IMG/VR virus record: IMGVR_UViG_3300010354_000062
Location: 1 to 64,000 of that record
DNA from: a virus
DNA length: 64,000 nucleotides
Direction: 5' to 3' (one strand)
Shown: piece by piece, positions 52,724-61,683 of the stretch
Position numbering within the stretch: position 1 is the first letter of the stretch
Layout: every line of letters begins with the position of its first letter
Notes under the pieces: generated by a model
The model's database searches: none
What the model was told of the DNA's origin: nothing
The model's input: only the letters and a program-made list of their open reading frames with translations
Made by a program: the position numbers and the translations under genes

Positions 52724-53080
52724 ATGGGTGCCGTAACAAGAATTCATGGTTTAAGAAATACTGTTGGTACATTGTACATGGATAACTGCAATATGTTTGT
52801 TATTCAAGTTCAAAACCAAGCCAACTCTAATAGAGACTTAAGAGCAGAAGATGACGCCATTGATGAAGCAGTTGAATATCTAGTAAAAGAATTAAATCCT
52901 TTGGCATTTTTTGTTGTAGATGATGCTACTGGTTTAGTCTATGTTGTAATGGATAAAAACATTAACAGCGCAAGTGAATTACAAACCCGCATTAGAAATA
53001 TGGGGTCAGCAGTTGGTGCAAATAGCATTGATTTCAGAGGTACAGACGTTACTTTGGCTACGTCATTAACATTAGCCTAA
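52724..53080 (+). CDS. Hypothetical (possible head-associated) protein
   Basis: Strong SD taaggag; followed by terminator. Confidence 0.65.
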   Translation: MGAVTRIHGLRNTVGTLYMDNCNMFVIQVQNQANSNRDLRAEDDAIDEAVEYLVKELNPLAFFVVDDATGLVYVVMDKNINSASELQTRIRNMGSAVGANSIDFRGTDVTLATSLTLA

Positions 53081-53091
53081 AAAACTAACCC

Positions 53092-53119
53092 AAATAGGCC
53101 CTACGGGGCCTATTTTTTT
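53092..53119 (+). terminator. Rho-independent terminator (cUACGg loop)
   Basis: aaataggccc-tacg-gggcctattt followed by T-run. Confidence 0.9.
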
Positions 53120-53133
53120 GGTTAAATATTTGC

Positions 53134-54720
53134 ATGGGAAAAAGTCTTGACGGCGTATTAATTAAAAAAGCTCATGCGCCTTTACGTTATACATTAGAAG
53201 AAATACGTCACCTTGAAGCGTGTATGGATCCTATCACAGGTCCATTGTATTTCTGTAGAAATTTTTTAAAAATACAACATCCTGTTAAGGGATCGATTCC
53301 GTTTGACCCATACGGTTATCAAGTTGGATTGATTGAAGCATATACAAAACACAAACAATGTGTAGCCATGTTACCGCGTCAGATGGGCAAGACAACGTGT
53401 GCTGTTGGATATCTATTATGGTACACTCAATTTGTACCAGATGCACAGGTATTAATTGCTGCACACAAATACGACGGCGCTAAAGATATCATGGACCGTT
53501 ATCGTTTTGCCTACGAGAACTTGCCAGACTTTATTAGAGCAGGTGTTATTACCTATAATAGAAATACCATTGAATATGACAACGGTGCAAGAATACAGGC
53601 AACAACTACTACTGAAAATACTGGTCGTGGTAAGTCACTATCATTAATTTACTGTGATGAGTTTGCATTTGTGCAGCCGCCAGAAAAAGCTAAAGAATTC
53701 TGGACTGCTCTTTCGCCAACATTGGCTACTGGTGGTAAGTGTATTATTACATCTACACCTAACTCAGACGAGGATCAATTTGCGCTAATTTGGACAGAAG
53801 CAAATAAAAAGTTTGATGAATATGGCAATGAAGCAGAGCTTGGTCAAAACGGTTTCTTTCCTTACTTTGCACATTGGTCAGAACATCCAGACCGAGACGA
53901 AAAATGGGCAAGGGTAGAACAAGCTAAGATTGGAGAAGAGAGATTTCGTAGAGAGTTTGAATGCGAATTCTTAATCTTTGACGAAACTTTAATTAATTCT
54001 GTTAGATTGGCAGAATTTGAAGGCAAAGATCCCGTAATGACTATGGGTCAGACACGTTGGTACAAGGAAATTGATCCAAGATTTACATATCTTGTAGCAC
54101 TTGATCCTAGCTTAGGAACAGGTGGCGATTATGCTGGTATACAGGTCTTTGAAATGCCAAGCATGGAACAGGTTGCAGAATGGCGGCATAATCTAACACC
54201 TGTGCAATCGCAAGTTAAACACCTGCGGGAAATATTAAAGTACATAAGTGAACGTGGACAGGAGTTAGGCGGTACTCCTCAGGTTTATTACAGCATAGAA
54301 AATAACACACTTGGTGAGGCTGCTCTCGTGGTCATTAACAATATAGGAGAGGAGAACTTTCCTGGACTGTTCTTAAGCGAACCTATACGTAAGGGACATG
54401 TAAGAAAATTCCGTAAGGGATTTAACACAACGCATAGAACTAAGATAACTGCATGTAGCCAACTCAAGCATATGCTTGAACAGCGTAAGATGATTATATA
54501 TAGTAAACCCCTAATTTCAGAACTAAAAACGTTCGTAGCCCACGGTGTTGGATTTGGAGCAAAAACAGGTGAACACGATGATCTAGTATCTGCTTGCCTA
54601 TTAATTATTAGAATGGCTCAGATTCTAAGCGATTGGGATCCTAAGATCTACGAAAAAATGACTGAAAAACTTACAGAAGACCAATTGCCAATGCCTATCT
54701 TTGTAAGCAGCGGTTATTGA
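53134..54720 (+). CDS. gp17: Terminase large subunit (T4 gp17-like)
   Basis: PRQMGKTT Walker A, LIYCDEFAF Walker B, ITSTPN, ALDPS, HDDLV; TAAATA-N5-ATG. Confidence 0.96.
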   Translation: MGKSLDGVLIKKAHAPLRYTLEEIRHLEACMDPITGPLYFCRNFLKIQHPVKGSIPFDPYGYQVGLIEAYTKHKQCVAMLPRQMGKTTCAVGYLLWYTQFVPDAQVLIAAHKYDGAKDIMDRYRFAYENLPDFIRAGVITYNRNTIEYDNGARIQATTTTENTGRGKSLSLIYCDEFAFVQPPEKAKEFWTALSPTLATGGKCIITSTPNSDEDQFALIWTEANKKFDEYGNEAELGQNGFFPYFAHWSEHPDRDEKWARVEQAKIGEERFRREFECEFLIFDETLINSVRLAEFEGKDPVMTMGQTRWYKEIDPRFTYLVALDPSLGTGGDYAGIQVFEMPSMEQVAEWRHNLTPVQSQVKHLREILKYISERGQELGGTPQVYYSIENNTLGEAALVVINNIGEENFPGLFLSEPIRKGHVRKFRKGFNTTHRTKITACSQLKHMLEQRKMIIYSKPLISELKTFVAHGVGFGAKTGEHDDLVSACLLIIRMAQILSDWDPKIYEKMTEKLTEDQLPMPIFVSSGY

Positions 54721-54731
54721 TAAATATAACT

Positions 54732-56459
54732 ATGGACGCTACCAATAACATTGCTACGGATTTATTTTATAAAATACGCAGTAGATTCACCGGGTTGAAA
54801 CTTGGTGATGCTACAGGTGCCATTACAATTAATCCAGAAGAAGCACGTTTTTTTGATTTTGATTACTCAGATAAAAAAACTGCTATAGGACACGTAAGTA
54901 TTAGTCTTGCGGAAAATAACAGTTTAAAAGTTTATTTCAGTACCGGTATTACAGAATCAATGGATCCGGGACAAAAACAAAATTGGTACGGATTTTTAAG
55001 AGAATTAAGAGCGTTTGCAAAGCGTAGACTTATGAGCTTTGATACAAGAGATATTTCTAAAGATAATTTAGATCAAAGAGATTATGCGTTTCTCAGTCAG
55101 CATAATCAACCAAAGCCACAACCAAATACAATATTAAAACCCGTTGGAGAAGGTATTATGAGCGAAAGCGCCATGTACGGAAGTAAAAATGTAAGTTTCC
55201 AGAAACTAATGGATACACGTCTTATTATTAAACATAGCAAGGCAGTAATGGATGATACAAATCCAGGTGCTAGAGCACGTAATATTTCAGCTCTGTTTGT
55301 TGAAAATCAAGACGGAGAAAGATTCAAGTATCCGTTTATTCATCTAGCAGGAGCCCGTGCCATGCAGCGTCATGTTGCCAATGGTGGATTACCTTACGAT
55401 GATGTTGGTAAAAGTATTGTTGGCATGAGTGAAGAGATTGCACAGTTAAAAAGTTTTGGCAATTACATTGTTCGTAACGATCTTATGAACAGTATGAATA
55501 ACGGCATAGTAGAAAAAAGCACATCATACCTTAATAATTTAAGAGAAACAATTAAAAATCTTTCAAAGCAAAGTCATTACGAAAATTATAAAAATTCTTT
55601 TGTTCCTACAGAACAAACTGAAGTGCCACAAGAAGTAATTGAACAGTTCACTGACCAATTTACAGTCAGAAATTTCAAAGAAGATGTCAAATCAGTTTTT
55701 CCAGTATTATATAGATTAATGAAAGAAGATGAAATAGGCTACGACGACATAGTCGAAATGACAGCTCAAGAAGCAGCCGATGAAATTGAAATTAAAACAT
55801 TTGACCCATTTGCTAAATTTGAACAATGGGCAATGGAATTAGGTGAAGAAAGTGCAATAACTAGCGAAGACGCAGATGAAAAAGCACAGGCTATTTCAGA
55901 ATTACAAGAATTAGTAGGGCAACATTTTCCAGCAGGAGTTGATGGCTCAAACGCTATCGAAAGCCTAAAGGGAATTATTGATGATCCGCAACTATTCATG
56001 CAAATCAAAGAAGCAAGCAAACAAGACCCGGATACATGTGTAAGAGGAATTGTAAAAGATTGGTTAGAATCAAATGCACCAGACACATTAGAACAACTTG
56101 ATTTTGGTGATTTTGTAGAAGAACCAGTAGCAGGCGAAGAACAACCTCCACAGGAACAAAGTTCGCAGCCATCTGCAGAACAGAGTCCACTTAGCCAAGA
56201 CAATACAGATGAAAAATTTGATAATCAAATGGATAAGAGATTAGATGTAGGAGCTCTTGCAGAATATCTCCACAGTTTCTACGATCGTGATTCAGGCACG
56301 TTTCCAAAAGGCCCAGAAGGCATTGCAATCATGGTAGGCAAAAAGTTTGGCGAACAGGCAGAACATGTTGCTCGTAAAATGATGGAAAGAATGGCACCTC
56401 AACAACAAGATCCAACTATGATGGAATTAAGTAGGATCCGAGAATTGGCAGGATTCTAA
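54732..56459 (+). CDS. Hypothetical multi-domain protein (possible head/core protein)
   Basis: Start reassigned to ATG 54732 (TAAATA-N5-ATG); acidic linkers; ends LSRIRELAGF. Confidence 0.65.
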   Translation: MDATNNIATDLFYKIRSRFTGLKLGDATGAITINPEEARFFDFDYSDKKTAIGHVSISLAENNSLKVYFSTGITESMDPGQKQNWYGFLRELRAFAKRRLMSFDTRDISKDNLDQRDYAFLSQHNQPKPQPNTILKPVGEGIMSESAMYGSKNVSFQKLMDTRLIIKHSKAVMDDTNPGARARNISALFVENQDGERFKYPFIHLAGARAMQRHVANGGLPYDDVGKSIVGMSEEIAQLKSFGNYIVRNDLMNSMNNGIVEKSTSYLNNLRETIKNLSKQSHYENYKNSFVPTEQTEVPQEVIEQFTDQFTVRNFKEDVKSVFPVLYRLMKEDEIGYDDIVEMTAQEAADEIEIKTFDPFAKFEQWAMELGEESAITSEDADEKAQAISELQELVGQHFPAGVDGSNAIESLKGIIDDPQLFMQIKEASKQDPDTCVRGIVKDWLESNAPDTLEQLDFGDFVEEPVAGEEQPPQEQSSQPSAEQSPLSQDNTDEKFDNQMDKRLDVGALAEYLHSFYDRDSGTFPKGPEGIAIMVGKKFGEQAEHVARKMMERMAPQQQDPTMMELSRIRELAGF

Positions 56460-56461
56460 AC

Positions 56462-56490
56462 AAAATGGGCACTAAGGTGCCCATTTTCTT
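56462..56490 (+). terminator. Rho-independent terminator
   Basis: aaaatgggcac-taag-gtgcccatttt. Confidence 0.85.
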
Positions 56491-56517
56491 GTCAACGCTT
56501 TTGTTTCCTTAGGCGTT
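56491..56517 (+). promoter_or_regulatory. Candidate ECF-sigma-type promoter
   Basis: gtcAAC-N17-CGTT. Confidence 0.35.
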
Positions 56518-56567
56518 ATATATTATACATAGACAATAAGTTCTATGTTAACTAAAAAGGAAAAATT

Positions 56568-56792
56568 ATGAAAGTTATCGCTACTCTAATCGCTGCTATG
56601 TTTGCAACCGCTGTTGCCGCACAGACTGCCACCCCCGCTAAGAAAGAAGAAGCCAAGCCTGCTGCCGCAGCACCTGCTACACCAGCACCTGCCGCCAAGC
56701 CTGCTGACAAAAAAGCAGAGCCTGCAAAAAGCGAGGCAGCTAAGCCTGCTGACAAAAAAGCAGATACCAAAGCCGAAGCTCCTAAGAAGTAA
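56568..56792 (+). CDS. Small secreted Ala/Lys/Pro-rich protein
   Basis: Sec-type signal MKVIATLIAAMFATAVAA|Q; AKPADKKA repeats; SD aagga. Confidence 0.8.
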   Translation: MKVIATLIAAMFATAVAAQTATPAKKEEAKPAAAAPATPAPAAKPADKKAEPAKSEAAKPADKKADTKAEAPKK

Positions 56793-56991
56793 TCCAACTA
56801 GAAAATTATTGTTACTAGCCGGGGAAGATCCGGAAAGTATCGATGATGAAAGTGTTTATGGATCTTATCGTAGACCGCAGGTAGTACACGATGATGTAGA
56901 TAACGACTATGATATTCCAGAACATATACGTTGGAAATTATTTTTAGCTAGAACTTTGATAATGCTGAAAAACAAGGAAGCCCATGCATAA
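56793..56991 (+). CDS. Hypothetical small protein, start uncertain
   Basis: 3' part of ORF 56602..56991; fills the gap exactly up to the terminator; no usable ATG. Confidence 0.4.
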
Positions 56992-57002
56992 TGGGCTTTT
57001 TT
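56978..57002 (+). terminator. Rho-independent terminator
   Basis: aagcccat-gcata-atgggctt followed by T-run. Confidence 0.8.
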
Positions 57003-57041
57003 GTTTGGTAAAAATATTTTCGTTATTTGAGCATATAGGCT

Positions 57042-57070
57042 TTGACCTTGCTAAATAAAAAGCGCATAAT
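57042..57070 (+). promoter_or_regulatory. Nested sigma70-like and late promoters for gp32
   Basis: TTGACC-N17-CATAAT with TAAATA (57052-57057) inside the spacer. Confidence 0.6.
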
Positions 57071-57128
57071 AGTTGTTATGCGAAAGGCATATAAGTCATT
57101 TACATTAAAGGCATAAGGAGGCTATAAA

Positions 57129-58106
57129 ATGGCAACACTAGCAGAAATTCGTGCTAAACTTCAAGAAGCACAAAACAAGAGCACAGGCTCTACATCAAGC
57201 GGCGGCGACAACGCAATTTACCCCCATTGGAACATGCAAGAAGGCAAAGAAGCGGTTATTCGCTTACTGCCAGACGGCAACTCTAAGAACACATTCTTTT
57301 GGGTTGAACGTGCAATGATTAAATTGCCGTTTGCCGGTCTAAAAGATCAGGCAGGTTCCGGTCCAGTACAAGTACAAGTTCCCTGCGTGGAAATGTACAA
57401 TGACGGTACCGTGTGTCCAATTCTTTCAGAAGTACGCGGTTGGTTCAAAGACAAGAGTCTAGAGGAAATGGGTCGTAAGTATTGGAAAAAGCGTTCATAC
57501 ATCTTCCAAGGCTTTGTTGTTGAAGATCCTATTAAAGAAGAAAAGACGCCAGAGAATCCAATTCGTAGATTCATCATTGGTCCTCAAATATATCAAATCA
57601 TCCGTTCGGCTCTAATGGATCCAGAGTTGGAAGAACTGCCAACTGACTACCTGCGTGGTGTTGACTTCCGTATTGCTAAGACAAGTAAAGGCGGCTTTGC
57701 TGATTACTCTACTTCAAAATGGAGTCGACGCGAACGTGCATTGAGCGACGTTGAAAAGACAGCTATCGAACAGTATGGTTTGTTTGACTTATCAGACTTC
57801 CTGCCCAAGAAGCCAACTGATGTTGAACTCAAGGTAATGAAGGAAATGTTTGAAGCGTCAGTTGACGGTGAAGCATATGACATGGAACGTTGGGGTCAAT
57901 ATTTCAAACCAGCTGGTATGGGTAGTGCTACTGGTGATCCAGTAAAAACTAGTCCCAAGGCATCTGCCCCAGTAACAGAAGATGACGATCCTCCGTTTGA
58001 ACCTGATAACAAGCCAGCAGCACCTGTTGCTAAGCCTGCTCCTAGTTCAGACAGCGCCAGTCGTGCGCAAGATATTCTTGCAAAGATCCGCGCTCGTAAC
58101 CAGTAA
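57129..58106 (+). CDS. gp32: Single-stranded DNA-binding protein (T4 gp32-like)
   Basis: AVIRLLP, C...CP, YWKKRSY, DFRIAKT..GGFADYSTSKW; acidic/Pro tail; upstream of UvsX. Confidence 0.88.
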   Translation: MATLAEIRAKLQEAQNKSTGSTSSGGDNAIYPHWNMQEGKEAVIRLLPDGNSKNTFFWVERAMIKLPFAGLKDQAGSGPVQVQVPCVEMYNDGTVCPILSEVRGWFKDKSLEEMGRKYWKKRSYIFQGFVVEDPIKEEKTPENPIRRFIIGPQIYQIIRSALMDPELEELPTDYLRGVDFRIAKTSKGGFADYSTSKWSRRERALSDVEKTAIEQYGLFDLSDFLPKKPTDVELKVMKEMFEASVDGEAYDMERWGQYFKPAGMGSATGDPVKTSPKASAPVTEDDDPPFEPDNKPAAPVAKPAPSSDSASRAQDILAKIRARNQ

Positions 58107-58112
58107 AAACTA

Positions 58113-58144
58113 AGAGAGTACGAGTTTCATAGCTCGTACTCTCT
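58113..58144 (+). other. Strong intergenic hairpin without U-tract
   Basis: agagagtacgag-tttcatag-ctcgtactctct, 12-bp perfect stem. Confidence 0.7.
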
Positions 58145-58162
58145 CTCACATGAGGATCTCAC

Positions 58163-58375
58163 ATGCCTAAACAAATCAAAATTAACGAAAATTTTTCATT
58201 AAACTACAGTAGTCGTGAAGCTGACAGCGGTGATACTGTTATGGATTGTAATATTTCATTTGACAATCCTAAAGATGATAGTACAATAATTCATCGACTA
58301 AACACCTGGCTCAAGGCCATCGGCCGCGCAGACATTGAAGTCTCACCAAAAGAATATCCCAAGGGAGTAAAATAA
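58163..58375 (+). CDS. Hypothetical protein
   Basis: SD gagga; 70 aa between gp32 and UvsX. Confidence 0.6.
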   Translation: MPKQIKINENFSLNYSSREADSGDTVMDCNISFDNPKDDSTIIHRLNTWLKAIGRADIEVSPKEYPKGVK

Positions 58376-58376
58376 T

Positions 58377-59450
58377 ATGGCAAAAGCATTTGATATTAGT
58401 AAATTTAGAAAAAGCATTACAAAAAGCATTGAAGGTCTTGGTGTAGGTTTTAATGATCCTACAGACTGGGTATCAACTGGTAACTATGCACTTAACTACC
58501 TAATCAGTGGCGACTTTCATCGTGGTGTTCCATTAGGTAAGGTCACAGTATTTGCGGGCGAGTCTGGTGCAGGTAAGAGTTTTATCTGTTCAGGCAATCT
58601 AGTAAGAAATGCGCAAAAACAAGGCATTTTTGTTGTACTTGTTGATTCAGAAAATGCCTTAGATCGTAATTGGCTCGAAGCATTGGGTGTTGACACAGCA
58701 GAAGATAAACTTCTTAAACTTAACATGGCCATGATTGATGACGTGGCTAAAACTATTGTTGAGTTTATGAAAGAATACAAGGCCATGGAGGAACGTCCTA
58801 AGGTCTTATTTGTGATTGATAGTCTTGGAATGTTATTGACGCCAACAGATATTAATCAGTTTGAAGCAGGCGACTTAAAAGGTGACATGGGTCGTAAGCC
58901 CAAGGCATTAACAGCACTGGTTCGTAATTGCGTTAATATGTTTGGTAGTTACAATGTTGGTTTGGTGGCAACTAACCATACATATGCTTCACAAGATATG
59001 TTTGATCCAGATGACAAAATTAGTGGTGGTCAAGGTTTCATTTATGCATCAAGTATTGTTGTTGCTATGAAAAAACTTAAATTGAAAGAAGATGAAGATG
59101 GTAACAAGATTTCAGAAGTACGTGGTATTCGTGCTGCCTGTAAGGTTATGAAAACTCGTTACGCAAAACCTTTTGAATCAGTTCAGGTTAAAATTCCTTA
59201 CGAAACCGGCATGAATCCTTATAGCGGCATTGTTGATCTTGCTGAAGGTAAAGGTATGTTGGTTAAAGATGGTAATCGTTTATCATTTACAACCAGCGAT
59301 GGAGAAATACTAAAATTCTATCGTAAGGAATGGGAACGTAACGAACAAGGATCCCTTGATACCTTAATGGAAGATATTACAAAGTATGGTGAAAAATCTG
59401 TTTCCGAGATAACTAATACAGTTGAATCAGAAACGGAGGGAGCTGAATGA
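58377..59450 (+). CDS. uvsX: RecA-like recombinase UvsX
   Basis: GESGAGKS Walker A, DSENA, VIDSLG, DMGRK, NHTY, ISGG. Confidence 0.93.
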   Translation: MAKAFDISKFRKSITKSIEGLGVGFNDPTDWVSTGNYALNYLISGDFHRGVPLGKVTVFAGESGAGKSFICSGNLVRNAQKQGIFVVLVDSENALDRNWLEALGVDTAEDKLLKLNMAMIDDVAKTIVEFMKEYKAMEERPKVLFVIDSLGMLLTPTDINQFEAGDLKGDMGRKPKALTALVRNCVNMFGSYNVGLVATNHTYASQDMFDPDDKISGGQGFIYASSIVVAMKKLKLKEDEDGNKISEVRGIRAACKVMKTRYAKPFESVQVKIPYETGMNPYSGIVDLAEGKGMLVKDGNRLSFTTSDGEILKFYRKEWERNEQGSLDTLMEDITKYGEKSVSEITNTVESETEGAE

Positions 59451-59692
59451 AAGAAGATTTAATTGCAGATATCTGGACACTTGTCATTGAACATATCCCT
59501 GAGAAATATCGTAAGGATGTGGCTGCTGATTTTATCAATACATTGATGGATTACGGTATTAAAGAAAGTGTCTTAGAAGGATTGCAGGGTGTTGACCCCT
59601 ATTTAGATACAGCTATAGAATATGTTATAGATGGGGAAGACATCGAAGCCGACGTAGAGGATGAAGATTACTACGACGAAGATGAGGAATAA
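59447..59692 (+). CDS. Hypothetical acidic protein
   Basis: ATGA overlap; Asp/Glu-rich tail. Confidence 0.65.
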   Translation: MKEDLIADIWTLVIEHIPEKYRKDVAADFINTLMDYGIKESVLEGLQGVDPYLDTAIEYVIDGEDIEADVEDEDYYDEDEE

Positions 59693-60148
59693 ATGAATTG
59701 GTACGATCGGGTTTCTAAGGATATTTCAAATATACCTGATGCCGTGGCTTATTATGAAGCTGAATTAATTTCAGCAAAACAAGATGTCCGCATAGCGGGA
59801 AACATTGAGAAGGCAAGTTCGCAAATGCCTGGTATAGTAGAAAACCGATTTAATCAACTTCAAGAAATTGAAGCAATTCTTGAATATCTTAACATCGAAT
59901 TACGTAGACTTCGCAGTCAGCATTTCCGCAAATATCTTGAAAATTATCAACGTGCTTTGTCTTCTAGAGACTGTGAAAAGTTTGTAGAAGGCGAAGCTGA
60001 TGTTGTAGATTTTGAAAAAATTATCAACGACTTTGCCCTATTACGCAATAAATGGTTAGGCGTAATCAAGGCCCTCGATATTAAACAGTGGCAGTTATCT
60101 AATATTGTGAAGTTAAGAACTTCTGGGTTAGAAGATGCAACATTATGA
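59693..60148 (+). CDS. uvsY: Recombination mediator UvsY-like
   Basis: Helical about 150 aa; KYLE.Y, KFVEGE, KALDIKQWQLSNIVKLR; follows UvsX. Confidence 0.75.
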   Translation: MNWYDRVSKDISNIPDAVAYYEAELISAKQDVRIAGNIEKASSQMPGIVENRFNQLQEIEAILEYLNIELRRLRSQHFRKYLENYQRALSSRDCEKFVEGEADVVDFEKIINDFALLRNKWLGVIKALDIKQWQLSNIVKLRTSGLEDATL

Positions 60149-60900
60149 TATTAGGATATGGCCGAGCCGCTAAATTTGCTGTTGGTGCAGGCGGTAAGGA
60201 AATTTTTTACGAAGATGTATTTTCAAATGTAGAACATACAGTAGCATGGTCGGGTGTTGGCTACCACAATATCCTAAGACATCTAGAAAAAAACAATTTA
60301 GATTTTTATTACATAGATACTGGATATATTGGTAATAAAAAGTTAAAAACCTATAAACGCATTACCAAAAACAATATTAATGATGATCGCACAATAATTG
60401 ATCGTCCAAATGATAGGCTGGCACTTCTTAATTTTAATGATGAAATCTTTAAGAGAGGTAACAACATCTTAATTGTTCCACCTGATCAAAAAGTTTTAAC
60501 TTGTTGGGATCCAAATATCAAAGCTGATGAGTGGATTACGGATGTAAAAAATAAGTTATCGCAATATACAGATAGAAAAATTGTTATACGAGAAAGAATT
60601 AAAAACAGAGCAGATCGATTAGTACACAATACTTTCCTTGACGCATTAAGACAGGATATTCATGCGGTCATTGCTTGGTCAAGCAATTGTGCCGTAGAAA
60701 GTGTAATACATGGAGTTCCTGTAGTAAGTTTAGGCCCTACAGCAACTAAACAAGTAAGCCCGTTTACACTAGAACAAATTGATAATGTTCCGGACTTAGA
60801 TCATAGCCTAATTGAACGCTGGTTAAGACATTTAAGTTATTGCCAATTTACAGATGAAGAAATGGTATCTGGGTTGGCATTTAATTTACTTAACCAATAA
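60145..60900 (+). CDS. Putative glycosyltransferase (capsule-biosynthesis KpsC/KpsS-like GT-B), paralogue 1
   Basis: YIDTGY.G, ILIVPP, TDR.I..R, SNCAVESVIHGVP, HLSYCQF. Confidence 0.55.
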   Translation: MILGYGRAAKFAVGAGGKEIFYEDVFSNVEHTVAWSGVGYHNILRHLEKNNLDFYYIDTGYIGNKKLKTYKRITKNNINDDRTIIDRPNDRLALLNFNDEIFKRGNNILIVPPDQKVLTCWDPNIKADEWITDVKNKLSQYTDRKIVIRERIKNRADRLVHNTFLDALRQDIHAVIAWSSNCAVESVIHGVPVVSLGPTATKQVSPFTLEQIDNVPDLDHSLIERWLRHLSYCQFTDEEMVSGLAFNLLNQ

Positions 60901-60921
60901 TATACCCATATAAATAAGGCT

Positions 60922-61683
60922 ATGAAAATAGTCTTAGTAACAGGGGGCTTTGACCCTATTCATTCAGGGCATATTGCCTATTTCAAAGCAGCACGTACTC
61001 TTGGCGACATGCTCATCGTTGGATTAAATTCAGACGAATGGCTAGAGAGAAAAAAAGGCAGAGCATTCATGCCGTGGAACGAGCGGCTGTGTGTTATTAA
61101 TAATTTAACAATGGTTGACGAAGTTTATACTTTTGACGACCAAGACGGTTCTGCCAAATCATTTATCCGTCAGGTAAGAGCACATTATCCCGATGCAACA
61201 CTAATATTTGCCAATGGGGGTGATCGCACAGCAGCTAATATTCCAGAAATGGATATTGTTGACAATAATCTTGAGTTTGCTTTTGGTGTTGGCGGAGAAG
61301 ATAAAAAGAATTCTAGTTCGTGGATACTTGAAGAATGGAAAGCTCCAAAAACACAAAGGCAATGGGGTTATTATCGTGTGTTACATGAAAATGGAAAATC
61401 TGTAAAAGTTAAAGAATTAACAGTAGAACCAGGCAAGTCTTTATCAATGCAACGTCATAACGACAGAGCCGAGCATTGGTTCGTTGCAGAGGGACGTGCT
61501 ACCGTCTATGGAATAAATGTAAAATCAGATTACGAAGTAGTTGGAGTGTACGAACAGTTTCATCATGTACACATTAGAAGAACAGAATGGCATCAATTAG
61601 CCAATGAAACTAATCTTCCTTTGAAACTAATAGAAATTCAATATGGAAATAACTGTATAGAAGAGGACATTGAACGCCGATGA
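60922..61683 (+). CDS. Cytidylyltransferase-family domain fused to mannose-6-phosphate-isomerase-type cupin
   Basis: TGGFDPIHSGH (HxGH), GLNSD, FANGGDR; WGYYRVL, LSMQRH..RAEHW, IEIQYG; TATAAATA-N5-ATG. Confidence 0.85.
   Translation: MKIVLVTGGFDPIHSGHIAYFKAARTLGDMLIVGLNSDEWLERKKGRAFMPWNERLCVINNLTMVDEVYTFDDQDGSAKSFIRQVRAHYPDATLIFANGGDRTAANIPEMDIVDNNLEFAFGVGGEDKKNSSSWILEEWKAPKTQRQWGYYRVLHENGKSVKVKELTVEPGKSLSMQRHNDRAEHWFVAEGRATVYGINVKSDYEVVGVYEQFHHVHIRRTEWHQLANETNLPLKLIEIQYGNNCIEEDIERR

Noticed and set aside
56602-56792. Long dual-coding overlap as proof of an overprinted gene
   Set aside because: Ala/Lys/Pro codons rarely create stops in the +1 frame, so openness here is expected; only the part after 56792 is treated as possibly coding
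53134-59450. Inteins or introns in TerL or UvsX
   Set aside because: Both are normal length with contiguous motifs
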